Shown: one piece after another, positions 63,626 through 64,000 of the stretch
Position numbering within the stretch: position 1 is the stretch's first letter
How the letters are laid out: the number at the start of each line of letters is the position of its first letter
NCBI GenBank assembly: GCA_003210285.1
Contig: QCVS01000001.1
Coordinates: forward strand, 41,521-105,520
DNA length: 64,000 nucleotides
Direction of reading: 5' to 3'
Source: Prochlorococcus sp. AG-686-J21
GTDB taxonomy: Bacteria > Cyanobacteriota > Cyanobacteriia > PCC-6307 > Cyanobiaceae
Notes under the pieces: generated by a model
The model's database searches: none
What the model was told of the DNA's origin: nothing
Seen by the model: only the letters and a program-made list of their open reading frames with translations
Translations under genes and position numbers: made by a program

Positions 63626-64000
63626 ATGATTACATTATATCAATTTAGACATAGCGCTTTTTGCTTAAAGACAAGAATGGCTCTTCACGCTAAGAAATTG
63701 CAATATAGAGTTGAAGAAGTTACACCAGGCTTAGGTCAATTTGAAATCTTTAAGATATCAGGACAAAAACAAGTCCCAATAATTGTTGATGATAATGATC
63801 AAATTATTAGTGACTCTACTATTATTTGCGAATATATAAATAAAAAAAATGATAATAATCCACTTTTTCCAGAAGATCCTTTATTGTTTGCACAATGCAA
63901 ATTAATAGAAGATTGGGCTGACACTACTATGGCCTCAACTTGTAGAAAAGCTCTGATTAAATCTGCGATAGAAAATCCACAACTACGCACTGCTTTACTT
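63626..64000 (+). CDS. Glutathione S-transferase N-terminal domain protein, 5' part (runs off the window end)
   Basis: Not in the ORF track. Manual translation: MITLYQFRHSAFCLKTRMALHAK...SGQKQVPIIVD...SDSTII. Confidence 0.85.
   Translation, partial: MITLYQFRHSAFCLKTRMALHAKKLQYRVEEVTPGLGQFEIFKISGQKQVPIIVDDNDQIISDSTIICEYINKKNDNNPLFPEDPLLFAQCKLIEDWADTTMASTCRKALIKSAIENPQLRTALL

Overview
AT-rich (about 30% GC by eye), tightly packed chromosomal segment of a marine picocyanobacterium. Gene content, order and codon usage fit Prochlorococcus, probably a high-light ecotype (inferred, no database check). About 94% is core housekeeping DNA: prfB with its programmed frameshift, glutathione genes, phylloquinone men genes, NDH-1 subunits (ndhH, A, I, G, E, D, F, M, O), carotenoid genes (crtP, crtB, crtQ, Z-ISO), the plsX-fabH-fabD-plsC operon, rpaA, rpaB, radA, ycf3, a Cu-ATPase, tmk-holB, cysK and others. 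The only accessory region is an islet of about 3.5 kb (50.1-53.7 kb) between rpaA and the 3' end of tRNA-Asn(GTT), with every ORF on the + strand. It holds a solo Cas4/RecB-like PD-(D/E)XK nuclease, two adjacent pseudogenes missed by the ORF track, a strongly acidic 134-aa protein, and three coupled small ORFs, the last two of which appear to be diverged paralogs. No integrase, att duplication or CRISPR array was seen. Oddities in core genes: scpA has no canonical start codon upstream of its conserved N-terminus; the tRNA nucleotidyltransferase looks loop-deleted (CC-adding type) and overlaps ycf34 head-to-head; PlsX has an N-terminal repeat extension.
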